Shown: one piece after another, positions 39,194 to 52,475 of the stretch
Layout: each line of letters starts with the position of its first letter
Position numbering within the stretch: position 1 is the stretch's first letter
Source: Lingula anatina
Lineage: Eukaryota > Animalia > Brachiopoda
DNA length: 64,000 bases
NCBI GenBank assembly: GCA_051362555.1
Contig: CM120649.1
Location: 15,824,567-15,888,566 of the forward strand
Reading direction: 5' to 3'
The notes under the pieces: model-generated
What the model saw: the letters and a program-made list of their open reading frames with translations, nothing else
Told to the model about the DNA's origin: nothing
Database searches by the model: none
Translations under genes and position numbers: made by a program

Positions 39194-39238
<45 letters not shown>

Positions 39239-39335
39239 TAGACTATCCATATTCTTAATGTCTTTGAACCAACTGCATATTAGCAAATATGTGAGAAGGG
39301 ATATTTTGGTATATTCACAACTATTTTTAAAAAAT

Positions 39336-39433
<98 letters not shown>

Positions 39434-42400
39434 GGTTTTCTTTTCTCCAGAGGGGATGGGCCAAGGGGGTATGATCAATATTGGAGAGTGACAGAGAGCT
39501 GGTACCTGTTGGTATCTGTCGAAATGTCAACATCTATGCACTTCAAAAGCCATCAAATTACTTGAATGCACTAATTAACATCATGTATCAACTGCACTTA
39601 TCAAACATTATTTGTTAATTTTTAACAAGAACATATACTCAATGTCTCAAAGCTGATTCCTTTGAGGCACAATGTCTTGGCAAACAAACTGGTATCAATT
39701 GGGCATGAATAACTTACTGTACTCAAATATGCTCACGTCTACAAGAGGATCCAGGCTGCAATTAGGTGTTTACTGTCGTGGAGTCTAAGATTTTAAGTGA
39801 CTTCTGACTCTAGTGTCATATATTTACTGTCAACGACCTAAACTTGAGTTAATCTTCATAAGGCGCTCAGCATATGGTCTAATGACCTTGTGTCCACACT
39901 TAAAGGTGGACAATGGATCTGGGATCTCTTATTCTGTCTTTGCATATAACATTTAAGTACATCTTCATAAGGCACTTAAATTCACTTCACTTTGATGAGA
40001 GACTGTCAACACTTAGAAGATGACATCGAAGTTTTAATTTATGTTCTACTAACCCGAGGTCTTTGATCGAAGTTTAACATTTTCAAGGAACTGGGAATCT
40101 GTACCATTACCATGACTAGGAGTCCATTAAAAGTCCTCAAACAAAAGTTTATAAATTACCTGACTTTTTTTTTTGCCATTCTCAATAGTTCAACACACTG
40201 AAACATTTCAGATTATTTTTCATTGCCCTTTGGTACAGATGAGGTTTAGTTAACCAGTTAATTGTAAATGCCATGTATTTGTAGAAGATTTTACTAAATA
40301 TTACCCGCTTTTGTAATTACTGACATTTTTTTTAAATTGAAGTTGTTGCATGAATTTATATAACACAACAACATCAGTGACTTAGATATTCATCTTCCCC
40401 AATATGCAACCTGTCCATTCAGCGAACCTTCCATTGACAAACATGAAGGCAATCAATGGCAGAGTTCAAATCTGCCAACCTTTTCTTTCTAAGACATTTT
40501 TTTCCTTTACAGGATCCAGAATTGGCCTATCAAAACTGTTTCAGGACCAGAATATTGAATCACTGAACTGAATCTAAATTGGGACTTCTTAAAGCATAAC
40601 ATGGTATTTCTTTGGTTTGGTGATAATATTTTATACTATTGTTGCGTTGAAAAAGCCAGCTTTTTCAAAAACATTGAAGATAAGGAGCAAAATAAAAGAA
40701 TCCACTACCAGTACAGCAAAATAATGCAATTCCCCATTGAAGACAATAGCGTCATGTTACTGCCTACATAAAAATAATAACGCCATTAAATGCTGCTTAA
40801 ATAAGTCAGCAAACAGTCAAATTTGATAAGGTTCAGTGGCTCTTTAGAGCACTAGACAGAAAAAAAGAAGTCATGGCACTGAGGTGTTAAGAAAATAAAG
40901 ATATTAGAAACAAACCAAACCATTTTCCAATTCAAAAATCAAAACCCAGCAATAATATCAGCTTTCAATATATACTTAGTAATGGCCTTGTGGACGGTAA
41001 TACAATAAAATGTTTAAAATGGACATGATATGTAATATGCTACATTCATTGCACCAATTAAAAAAAAAATGGGCTGAGGTACAATAAAACAGCTTGGCTA
41101 TATGAACATCAAAACTTCATTCAAGAAAAAACAAAAATACGCACAGACACAAACTATAAGAACCCAAGAACAACTAGTGATTGTAATTAAATTGTCTAGT
41201 GGTATTATCCAAACCATTCTCCAGCACAACCAAGTTTGCCAAACTTGAATCCGCAGTGTTGTCCTAGGCGATGGCAAATCAATACAATAAAGCCACTTGT
41301 GATACAAAAGATTTTTCGCTCAAGGGGTCTGCACACTTGCATGCATATAGATCAGACAATCGTTGAGAATGCAAACCATGAGTAAGGCACTCGATGATGC
41401 CAATCTAATTTACATTTCCACTGTGTGTATAAACATTGGTTAATTAGCATCGCAGACGGACCCACCCACCCACACATTTCTTTTGGTAACAAGAAGAGTT
41501 AGGAAACAGAGGCGATCACAAAGGTGCTTATGGCCAACAAAAATTTCAAATTGTTTGATGTTCTAAGAGTGTGGCATGAGCAAAGAGATGAATAATAAAA
41601 TCTTTCCAAACAGATATATCAAGATTAAAATGCTTAAAGGAAGGGAGGTGGCAATGCATTTGTAACTTGAGGGGGTAGGGTGAGGGTGCTGGTGGGGGGG
41701 GGGGGGGTAGTGCAGTTATTATTTGAGCAGGTGGGAGGGGGTGTTTAAATTGAAGGGTTTAAAATATCCGTATGTTTGTTACTGGAAGAGTGGGTGAAGG
41801 AGTAAATGGAAATGGTGGGGGTATGACCTGATAGGGCAGAGGGGAAGATGAAAATCAATGGGAGGAGAGGGTGTCCTGGAGGGGGTGAGCGGTGTAGCTA
41901 TAGTTTAGTGGTTTGGGGTACATTTGTCAATGGGTGGTGGTGGTGGGGTGGGGGGGTATTTGTTACTGAGTGGGGTGGGGGGGGGAGTTGCTCCTGGAGT
42001 TTTAGAGGGAGCAGTTGTAGCTAGAGAGTTTGGTACACAGCTGCTTTAATATCATAATTTGGCAAAAATAATAATGCACACAAGAAAGCTGGGTTTCTCA
42101 GTTAACAAGACAGTTGAGGATCCTAATTCTAAGCAATTATAAATTCAAAGGGGGGTGGTAGTACTCAAAGGCTGAAAAGAGTAGAGGGGACTTGAGATTT
42201 AAGATGAATCACATGTGAATAGTGCTTTATCAATCAAAGGCACTGATGGTATTGCAATCATTCCAACCATGATTGAAGCACCCCTTCTACTTCATTCATT
42301 TTCTCTAAATACATATTCATCATTATGCTCGTATCTGCCATAAGCATGGGAATGAACACACATACGCATACCGTGGTACAAACAAGGCAACAACCAACTG

Positions 42401-45400
42401 ATTTGAAGCAAAAATGGGCACGCCAAAGAGAACAATACGATTACATTGAAATGAAACCTAGATTACCAAAACCTAGCACAAATGAGTTCATGTAATATGA
42501 GGTGGGGGGACACACACACCTTTTAAGGGTCAATTCAACACCTTTTAAGAGGGGGTGATCCAGTGCATGACTCTTCAGATCAACTGAAATGGGGGGAGTA
42601 TTTCACCCCCTACCATGGCAATATTTTCAATATTACCATAGCTGACATGTTTGAACATCAAAACGATGTGGTAATTATGTTTGGATGTGTAAAACTATTT
42701 AGATCAGGACTTAAAAATTACATATGAAGAGATTTAATATATTAATACAGCCCTTCCCTGCTGCGAATGCTTTATTTATAAGACCATGAGACCACCGGGC
42801 TGCTTAGAGACTTTTTAAGTGCATGCAAATAAAATATGAATTTCTTTTGAGATGTTTTGTGACATCCTAAGTTGTATAATTCCATTAAAGGTTGAAGACA
42901 TTATAAGATATCCATGCTAATTTAACACTCAACGAGATAAGGACCACGACTTTGAATTAGAAAATACATTTGCAGTCCATTTACAGGCAATCAAACCACT
43001 GGCTTTATTAAATTTCAAATGTAAAAGCTATGCTGACTTGGGCTCTCTTCAGCTTATGGCAAATCTAAAAAATGACTTAGACATTTGAAAATTTCAAGTA
43101 ATCACCATATTTATTCACAGTTCAGTACATTAAGTAACTGTAAGGGACTGTAGGGTAGGGTTTTTTAACCACCACCCCCCTTTTCAAAAATTCATTTAAC
43201 AACCCTCAGCTGAATTAAGTAATCAGGTCAGGTGCACATTCTGGCAGGTAGCACATTAAGCTCATTATTAAAGTAAACACAGTAGTACAGGTAGAATCTG
43301 CTATACCAGTAAATCCTATAAGACTTAAAGAGTAGGTGTTCCTTACCTGTACTCATTACTGATGTTAATGACTTAACATACATGTGTGAAACATTTGTCG
43401 TGCACCAGAGAAAATTAGAGATCACAACAAGAAGCCCGTGCCACGTTGCATAATCAGTCTCGGGGAGGCAGGGGGAGTGCAACAAGCGGTGTCTTCTTTA
43501 ACGAGGTACACCAGTTTTGGTGTTGAGGAATTGAAAATCTTAACCAATTTCTACTGGGAGGATATTAACTCAAATGAACTGGATTAAAATAGAGAGTGTT
43601 GTCAATACTGGTTAATGTGCTGAGTATATGCTGTGTCTTTTCTAGTTCTTACTGAAAAACAGAGAGCACTGAAAAGCCGCATTTTATTTTGATATTTCCA
43701 ATTGAATATTTGTGGGTATGTTTCAAAGTATGTATCTTGTCCACAAACCAGTCTGCAGAACTGGTGCATTTGAAGTTGAAATTTCAAAATAATGGATGTT
43801 GAAATAATCATTATTATTACATGTCCAGACGCACTAAGTCTACACGAAACCAGTCAAATAATAAAAAAAATTGCCAAAGGTTATAAATAATATAGATCAC
43901 ATTCAACAAAATCAATTCATGACTTGGAGCTAGCACCTGAATGACAAAGAAACTCCAGTCAAAAATCATCAGGCATCCTATACCACACAATGTCATGTAA
44001 TGAACTAATTGAACCAGTCAATATTTACCAATTATTGATCTCGTACCTCCAGGTGTACAACACACCTGGACCGCCACAACAGGACTCAGCGTAAAGAGGT
44101 GTTAATGTCACACAAGAGTTCCATTTCTTACATAATTATGCCATGAAGCTCCCATTAAGCCATAAAAACTTAAATACAGTGAAAAACAAAGTGCTGTAAG
44201 ACTTCAAATGTTATCAAGGGTTTCTGCAAAGCTGATCTTACCATTTACCACACATTCTAGAAATGTGCAGCAAGAAAGCCATGAATGTTGTCGCAAGTTT
44301 ATGTGGCTAAACCAAGCAAATAATACTTGATCTTTTCAATCTGTTTTTACAGAACATTTTTATGCAATGACCTGGTCATACAGTCAAAGTCAACAACAGG
44401 CAGCAGGCAATTGTTTTTGAGAAGTGGATCATTTCCATTTACTTTTTCTAATAAACTATACAAATTGCTTCTTAAATAAGTTGACAGTTACTAAAATTGC
44501 CCGACAAAGTGCAGGATTTTTCTTTATTAAACCTCCTATTTTATTCATTTATTGTGGTGTCACTTTAAGCTAAGCATAGAGAAGGCAGGTGGTAGCTCCT
44601 TGGCTGCCAAAGAAATAGATTTTAATTATAAACTGTTGCATGGCAGGCTCTCTCTTAGAGTACCGTAACCTTTGCATGAAAAAAAGGGGTTCCAGTTGGT
44701 GCAATTATTGGCAATTGCACGCTATAGCACTGTACGTAAGAGCCAGTAATGTCACAAAGCATGATGCAGTGTTTGATAACCCACATTTTTTTTCTTTTTT
44801 ATTTGCTAATGGCAGAAAGGAGTTTCACAAAGTACATGATACTTCCCAGCCGACAAGTCCAACTCATTTCCAATTTAACAGATAATGCATTACGAGGTCT
44901 GATTATTCAATCAATAATTAAGTATTATTCAAAAAGGCTGATCATGCGGTATCTTGGCTTAATTCCTAGAATCAATACGGCTGGCAAAAAAATGCCATCT
45001 TCCATCAACTGATCCCTGTGGCGCTCGCACTCATATATGCCCCTAATTAAAGTTATCATAAATCATTATCAATTTCAACAGAAGAATATATTCCTACTAT
45101 ACATTATACCAAGAACTGAGGGCAATGGCTTTGCTTAATTATTTCTAAGTACTTTTCTTGGAAGATATAGCAGTTTTTGAGGTAAAGACATATAATACAA
45201 TTCTAGAGATGTTAGACAGAGGTGCAAAATGATGATTGTTTTGCCTCACCAATCTGAATTTTTTTAACAGAAAGACATGGCAATGTCAAGTTTACCAAGC
45301 TTTTTGGTACATCCTTATTACCAATGATCTCACCAACAGTGCTTGCATGGGCACTTCCTGAATGTGTAAATTTGGAATTGGCTTTTTTTTTTGCTATTTT

Positions 45401-48400
45401 AGAGATTCCCCAAATTGGTTCAAACAGCACATTTAGACTAAATGAATTAATGTTTGGGATTGCCTTAATGCACCATTTAAACCTTAGCTAATGATATTAC
45501 ATTTAAGAATAAGATGCTTTTCCTAACTACACAGTATTTGGTAATTTTGCTCCTCCTCCCTTCTTAAACAAAATTGAGTGTGTTCAAGGCCACAAGCATT
45601 CCTGGAAAAACACCCAAAAGAACATTTGCCATACCATGCCTGTTTTTCTCAGAAAATTTCAGGAAATAATTTATTCCATTGTGGATAGGGGAATATTATT
45701 CAACTTTTTCCAGATACAAAAGCATGAATCCTTTTTTTTTTTAATATATCCAGTTTCCCAGAAACTGTGCATTCTGTCAAAGTCTAACAAAGGGTTTTGG
45801 AAAAAGTATTCCATTATAAATTTCATTTTTGGTTATTAATGAATCAGTAAGAAACAGCTCAGGAAAAAAGATGGTCTCAAGCCTGAGAAAGAGCAAAAAG
45901 CAACATGCTGGACATACAAAATACACAACATAATTAGAATTCCACACTATTCAAGTTCTATTCAACACAAATGTTTCAATCTAGCAATCACAATATCATA
46001 TCATGTTTAAGAATAACTTCAAAGTGTTTCAATTTAATCAAAAAGGACGGTCCTTCCCTCCTTCTCTGTATTAATATGCACACAAACAACACTGCCTTAC
46101 TGTGTTGTCAAACAACAGTGTCATGTAACAAGACTGGACATAATGGCCACTACAGAAAGTAACCTCACTATTACTGATACTGATGCCAAAGACCACACAA
46201 AGCCATCGTAGTACCATGGGCCATTGAAGCCAACATGTTCGTCAACAGTTTTGACCAAAGGTCCTCACAGCAGTCTAAACTGACATGACCATGTCATTTT
46301 TGTCATCTGAAAGGCTATTTGGTGCTGCAAAATATTGACTTTTGTCTCTTGAGAGGCCAGAATGAAACTGAAGTAACAGAACCCTGTTAGATTGGTCTTT
46401 GAAAAAGAGCTTCAAAAAGACAAACAAGGAGGCTCCTATGGGCCATGGTACCATCAGACACTAATGTTATCTTTTCAGAGATGGCACTGACTACAAAGGA
46501 AATATTTTTCTGACTCATTCCCATTTCAACAGGACTTCTCAATTCATAAGGCAATTAAAAAATAATGAGGATTATCTAATCCACATGAAAAAAAGATCTT
46601 AGACTCCTTAAGTGACAATTTTAGTCCATTTAATACAGAGTTTACCTGCTCTGACTAAGAAATCACCGTTCTAGGTTGGACAAAGAGTTATAAACTGCTA
46701 TAGCACATAAAATTCCTTTGAAATGGAATCAAATAACACTATCAATGTAAGAACAAATGTCTCTGTTAATAACAATGAAGTTAATAAACCCATCCCCAGG
46801 TGACTGAGGACACTCTTTGACCATTTCCCTCTTAAACTGACCACAGGACACTTGATAGCCTGTGGATTTAACAATTTACAATAAATGTCTGACACAATTT
46901 CTGTGACATGCCATCTTTTCATTTATATCAGTGACATAATATAACCGAGGTTAAATGAACTGAAGGTACTAACCACAAAAGAAAAATAAATGTCCATCTC
47001 CAACATATTTGGGAAAAAAGATATTGATTGGGGAAAATGACCAATTAAATTGGAAATATTAGACAGCATGGAAATTTATTGGGCAATACAGGTCAGACAT
47101 ACCTCAACATGCCAGAGGAAATGACACAAGATGAGTTGAGAAAATGATTATCACAAACAACACACTGGCAAATGACCAGACTGGACTTTCCTGACTACTT
47201 TCCTTAAGAAAGCAAAAATTTGATACTGGCAATGACTAATGAGTTTAGCACCAGTGGCTTTGTCCAAGGTGTGGTCAATACTGGTCAGATCTGCCTACCT
47301 GGAAAACTGACCCTCAGATGAGAATACAGCCCTTTATTAAAGGTATTGGGAATTGGATCCCACCTAGCTCACTGGCCATTACAGGGGTAGCTTTATTCAA
47401 TCCGCTATTGAGGACTGTTAATGATGAAAAGGTGAACAAAGGCTTAAATCATATACTCCGTGTTCAGTGCTCGAGCCGATTATTGATTCATTGGATGTTT
47501 TTCTAGTAAACTGCAAACTTATAGGTGAAGAACTATTTGCTGTTTACGGATCTGATCGCGAAGAAAGAAATTTCTTTCAGCGCAATTGGACACAAGCAAC
47601 AGATTTCATGTTCCCCGCGGAATCAAAAGCGGTGTTATGGCCACTGTGCACTAAGTTTTAACTGTGTTGTCGTATGTAGTTTTGAAAATCATACTTGTGG
47701 AGTCCTACTTGGGGCGCATTCTATCGCAGGTGGGAACTTAAGCTTACACAAGGGCAGAATATGGTCCTCAAATTTCTTGCACTGTACACTTGATATAAAG
47801 TATACAATGGCAAACATTTCACAACATGCACTAGATAACACACTTCACATTCTGTCAACATTATTTTCTTTTTAAAATGCTTCTGCTAAACTCATAAAGG
47901 TCTGCAGGTTTTGGCTAAATTATTTACAGGGGTTAAGATGACAAAAAAGGACTTCATTTGGTGATTAATCAATGAATTTGGTTCACAAGTTTTATGGCTA
48001 AAACATAAAACTTTGTATCTTTCAATAAAGCCAAGCTATGTACCATGAGATAAGTTTTCTGCTGTGGGCATAATTATAGGCCAGTGCTGAAATTGGTCAA
48101 ATCCATGTTCAGTTTGACTGGAAACAAGGACTTAATCAAATTAAGTCATCACAACTGGAGTGCAGACACACTTTCCATCACAACTGGTCATTCTACTCTT
48201 CAAATCTCAATTAAATTGCCAACTAGAATGTAAATGCACCTTTCATTACTCTCGGTCGTTTCCGTCCACAAACCACTTATTGAACATAGCGGTGACATCA
48301 TTGCACCTCCGGCCTCTTGAACGCAATAAACGCATATTCCTTCAATTCAAATGCCAGGTTATAGAAATTTCTATCCTTTATGTCCTTCGGTCAGGACTTC

Positions 48401-50996
48401 TGGTGATTAATTCTTATTAATCCACATGGGATTGCATCCATGACATCATTTAGAGTTCGCATGCTGTATTAAATTCATTAACATATATCCCTCTTGGTGA
48501 TAATTTCTCATAATTTTCTCGAAAAACAATTCCCTTGTAAATGTAAATGCTAACATGTCATGCATCTAATCTGAAACAACTTCTATTTCTATAGAAATCA
48601 GGAGGGGGGAGAGCCAAAAGTAACTGCTGAAGGGTTCTGGGTTTTTGATGAACCCAGTGACTGGTTTATTAAATCATTGAATATGAGCATGATAATGCCA
48701 TCACATGGCTCACTTGTACAAGAACCCTTTTGCAAATAAAGACAGAAGGATGGGTTACACGTTCTGGTTGAAAAGAGAGGGGGGGGGGTACAGGGGGATA
48801 AGGTGAAAAAAGGATGACGGTGGGAGGGAAAATGGGAGGAGTATGGGCAAACAGGGGATAAAAATAGATGAAAAAGTGGAAAAGTTGCATCAGCATATCA
48901 CATCAGAGTCTCTTGAGCAAACCAGTCACTGGCTGGTATATAAAGGATGAGTTACCAAGTCACAGATGCAAATATAAATACATTTTAATCTCATCAATGA
49001 ACTGCATATATCTTATCATGTTCAGAGAAGCAAATTAACTGAAAGTTAAATGCTCATAATCTCACAGGTACTGTTATCATTCCCCCTGTTCATATCGAAA
49101 AGGAAAACAGCAAATACCCACGTTTACAAATCGTACAAGTTATACACAGATAGTGAGGAACGTCTACCATCTACAGCCCAACATTCTAAACCTCATTATT
49201 TATAAAAATAAAATGAGATTACATCCCTTCTCCCAAGCCTCAAATTTTAAAACCTATAGTGTTAAGAAATAAGTAATCCAAAGTGTAAATATGCCCCCAG
49301 AGAAGTAAACAGAAACTATTGAGGAGAAGTTTCTATCCTCTAAAATAAAAACTGTACCCCTTCAGAACAGACTCAATTTATAACCAATGTGAACACAGCC
49401 AATGTCCTGTCTTAAGCTACTGCATGGATATATCCCTTCTATCCCGTCTCTGATCGTTCTTATCACAGCAGTAAACACACTGTTTGATCAGAACACACAC
49501 AAACATACCAGGCCAGCCAAAACAATCCCCTTAGATTTGTACAAGTATCAGACTATGTGTGTACTTAGGGATCTTCTCGGGTTTATGGAATCAAATTGCT
49601 TTGCATACATGAATCTTGTCTGAAGTGAGATAGAGAGCACGTGCAAGATTGGGTATCATAATAACAAACAGGTGGTGAGGCATGTTGGCTCCACAGTTAA
49701 CTATGTAGATACATCTTTGTGCATTATCTGAAATTATCATTTTAAATACTAAAGCGTATTTAAATTGAAGATAGGCCAACCATTCTTAACGCAACACTTC
49801 TCTGCATACTACTTGAATCAGCTAAGCTCACTTATGAAAGTAACTCTCACACTGTTGCCAGTAATTTCGAAGAAGGAGGGGGTGGGGGTGGATTCTATTT
49901 CTGAAAATAGTTGACCTATCCACACCCCTTAGTTGACCATGTGACAAATGTTATTGAACCCACAAGGTGAAATTCTGATTTTTAAAATGGGGACCTTATC
50001 TGGCCAAAAAGATGGTTCTTTCAATTCACCCCCCCCCCTCCCATTTACTGGCCTCTAACCCCTTTCCCATCCATCCCCACTGAGATCAGACACTTGCTGA
50101 CTATGGAGAGCTTGGTCCCGTAACTCGAAAGCATCGCACGTTGTGACCGAGCGTAAGCGTCTTGATTCCATAACTCGCCCATACTCGGCCCATATAATAC
50201 TTTGTAGCCTCTATGTGATATCGCTATTCGCAAAGCACGATGCTTTCGAGTTACTGGGCCCCAATCTTAACTGAGCAGAAGAATTTTAGCAAAATGGTTT
50301 CACCCATCTTTCACAATATATGTTTTCTTATACACGTCTTTAAGCTATTTTGATGAAATCAAAGAAAACATTAAAGAGAAGACCATAAAATTCCTTGACT
50401 CCTCACTTAGAATAACATTATTTAAATCTATTGCACATGCAAATTTTGCAAGGGCTTTTCTGGGGTTGAGGGCATGAGGGGCAATGAACTTTGTCAGACA
50501 ACTCTCTCCTCAATAAGATCTTTTATGCGTGTAGACTTGCTCAGTAAAGAAATGTAATTCTGCGCTCCCCTGTGTACCATTAAGGAAAATCCACAGATCT
50601 GCAAGCTATTTTTACACAACACTTTAAGCATGCCAAGTATATTAAACTTGGCTTACAACACTGACTATACAAATCATTATTCATGACATTTTTGTGCATT
50701 AGAAGACAAATCTTACATTTTAAATTTTAATGCAAAAATAAAGTTAATAAATAAAATAAAATAAAATAAAATAAAATATCAACCACCATAAGGCAAAAGG
50801 CCAATAATATTCATCGACACAGAAAACGTTAACTTACCATGAAAGAAGTTCTAACGGTCACTACAGTTGGGCCTTGCAGTTGGCCTCCATCTGGGAGAGA
50901 GTCCAGCAGAGTGGCCTTGCTGACTTCCTCTGGCGCCACCACATGGAGGCCCACGAGAGACAAGAGAACAAGGGACCAAGTGCTTCCAAACTTCAT
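22270..50996 (-). CDS. Gene B: uncharacterised type I single-pass membrane protein with short ectodomain and long disordered Ser/acidic cytoplasmic tail (~786 aa)
   Basis: Exons 50838-50996, 26938-27066, 26484-26634, 24354-24872, 23815-23903, 22270-23583 join in frame (phases 0,0,1,1,0). Signal peptide MKFGSTWSLVLLSLVGLHVVA, TM IIVIIIVICVVCLMVFLGMLGYVAYWL. Further small exons inside the 24-kb intron cannot be excluded. Confidence 0.75.
23815..23903 (-). CDS. Gene B small exon
   Basis: Phase 1-0; GETQVPLVVRARKNKSENPNRIEVVVSLNS; donor gtgagt. Confidence 0.8.
24354..24872 (-). CDS. Gene B exon (coiled coil plus acidic run)
   Basis: 519 nt, phase 1-1; ELERLQLQKIVLEQRLKKMKKIEQIADLRQQI, EEEEEEDEDEE. 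Confidence 0.78.
26484..26634 (-). CDS. Gene B exon (transmembrane helix)
   Basis: Phase 0-1; HQNLLPEDNSSIIVIIIVICVVCLMVFLGMLGYVAYWLKYERTNYIKKL; donor gtaagt. Confidence 0.87.
26938..27066 (-). CDS. Gene B exon (ectodomain)
   Basis: Strong polypyrimidine acceptor, phase 0-0; GAVEFVDSSDFAILVNASAPSMEELAGVQYSYNYMDGELLLQV. Confidence 0.82.
29156..29186. repeat. (GA)n microsatellite
   Basis: Direct inspection. Confidence 0.9.
32778..32952. mobile_element. Tourist/PIF-Harbinger-like MITE
   Basis: 23-bp perfect TIR GGCCCCATTCAGAATAGGGGACT / AGTCCCCTATTCTGAATGGGGCC, flanked on both sides by TAA (3-bp TSD). Confidence 0.8.
34624..34792. mobile_element. MITE with CAGGGGCGGAT termini (hAT-like)
   Basis: CAGGGGCGGAT...ATCCGCCCCTG; internal GACGGTC repeats; no clear 8-bp TSD. 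Confidence 0.65.
34881..34920. repeat. (AT)n microsatellite
   Basis: Direct inspection. Confidence 0.95.
39196..39429. repeat. (GT)n and long (AT)n microsatellites
   Basis: (GT)n ~39196-39237; (AT)n ~39339-39429. Confidence 0.95.
50114..50261. mobile_element. MITE-like palindromic element
   Basis: GGTCCCGTAACTCGAAAGCATCG ... CGATGCTTTCGAGTTACTGGGCC arms. Confidence 0.7.
50838..50996 (-). CDS. Gene B first coding exon (signal peptide)
   Basis: GCCATC-ATG context, MKFGSTWSLVLLSLVGLHVVAPEEVSK...VRTSFM, donor ATG|gtaagt; acceptor ttttcag upstream at 51027. Confidence 0.75.
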
Positions 50997-51699
50997 GATG
51001 GCAGTTCTGTTAGTATCTCACAACAGCCTGAAAATGCTATGTATATGTAATGACATTTTGAAGTGTTTATTGTTAGTCTAACATTACACAAACTTTAGAG
51101 ATATAAATATGGGTTTCAAGTTTTTGTTAATATGACACTTGAAATACTGAATATTCATGACAATGTTTGGCAGACTGAATACCAGTACTGCAGTGAAGAT
51201 GACCTAGAAGAATGAGCACACAGACTAAAAGTGAATGACTCAAAATACTGGTTGTAATGCTGTTGCATTGATACCTTGCCTTTGAACACTATAATGCAAC
51301 AGAAACAGCAGACATGCAGAAAAAAAAGTGACACAATATGCATATTGGCATATTCCAAAATATTTATCCTTCTGTGACATCTTTAATCTGAAGAATTTTC
51401 TGCATCTCAGGTTGCTACCAATTTATTTCAAGAGTAAATTTTAATAAATTTATCATGAACAAATATTATATTGAATAAACTGTATGTCATACAGTCGAAA
51501 ATACATTGGTATGGCTTTAAAGATAGATAACATGCTATTCGGTGCAAGCGATTCGGAATCACACTGCATTCTGGTGACATCTCGCGGTAGGAGAATCCAA
51601 GGAAAACCTCACAGCAAAACTAATTACGCTGACACTTGGCAGCCACCTTACTTTTTTTTGTCAAGCTCGAGCAAAGGCGAGTGTCACTAACGCTGCGTT

Positions 51700-52280
51700 G
51701 AGCGTTACATCACTTACCCAACGACTGCGACAGGCAAACGGGCACTCCATTAACCACTGGCTACACCATACTTCTACATGTGGACTAAAAGCGGCATTTA
51801 AGGTCTGAACACCATCGCATTTGATTCAAATCCCTTCTCACAGTCACTTTCGTCTCAGCGCTATCACACGCACCTTGGCTCTTCTACTTACTGTGCTCCC
51901 TCCTTCTAATTATTGTTTCATTCTCTCGCTGTATTTCGGTGGACGCTTCATTGCAAAGTGCTTTGTAGTGCCTCTTTTTAAATTGAAATAGACAGGTGGT
52001 GGAACCCTATGAAATATTGAACAGACCGGTTTGAAGATAAAAATATCACGACTAACAAGTTAATTGGGTCTGATAAGTGGGAGGCAGTGCAACTGACGTG
52101 CTGGCATAAATAAACCATGCTGAAGAGCGAAGCTGTTTAGCGGCGAGGAGACACTCGCTGCGACTTAGGAGTTTAGTTGCTTAATTTAATAGTAAAATGT
52201 CTCGGATGACAGAAGCTAAACGCCGAGGTACACCTTAGAGGATTGTGAGTTAATCTCACGAGGTTTACTGTCGCTTAACC
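51700..52280. promoter_or_regulatory. Candidate bidirectional promoter between genes B and C
   Basis: Head-to-head 5' ends within ~0.6 kb, local CpG enrichment, TGACGT (~52094) and CATAAATAAA (~52105) motifs. Confidence 0.5.
51718..51900 (-). other. Putative non-coding first exon of gene B
   Basis: Consensus donor TGG|gtaagtg at 51718 upstream of the acceptor at 51027; 5' boundary guessed. Confidence 0.4.
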
Positions 52281-52475
52281 ATGACGCGGAGAAAGGAGCT
52301 TACTCGCACGTTGTCTGGTGTCGTACTAATGATGGTAGCGTTGGTCGCGGTTGACTATGTCAACGCCACCGACGCCGGCGACGAAGCATGCGGATATATA
52401 TCTTCACATAAAAAGCTAGAGATCAGAGGAACGTGGGGAGCAAAACCGGCGCTGCACATTAGACAGAATGTCAAG
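52281..52475 (+). CDS. Gene C first coding exon: signal-peptide-bearing protein, remainder not found in window
   Basis: ACC-ATG context; MTRRKELTRTLSGVVLMMVALVAVDYVNA|TDAGDEACGYISSHKKLEIRGTWGAKPALHIRQNVK; consensus donor AAG|gtaaga (phase 0); CpG-rich. Confidence 0.72.

Noticed and set aside
39128-39533. ORFs with YIYI/THTH/CVCV repeats
   Set aside because: Artefacts of (AT)n and (GT)n microsatellites.
27337-50233. Numerous 60-116 aa ORFs in the large intron as nested genes
   Set aside because: Short, AT-rich, often non-ATG starts, no domain motifs and no phase-consistent exon chain.
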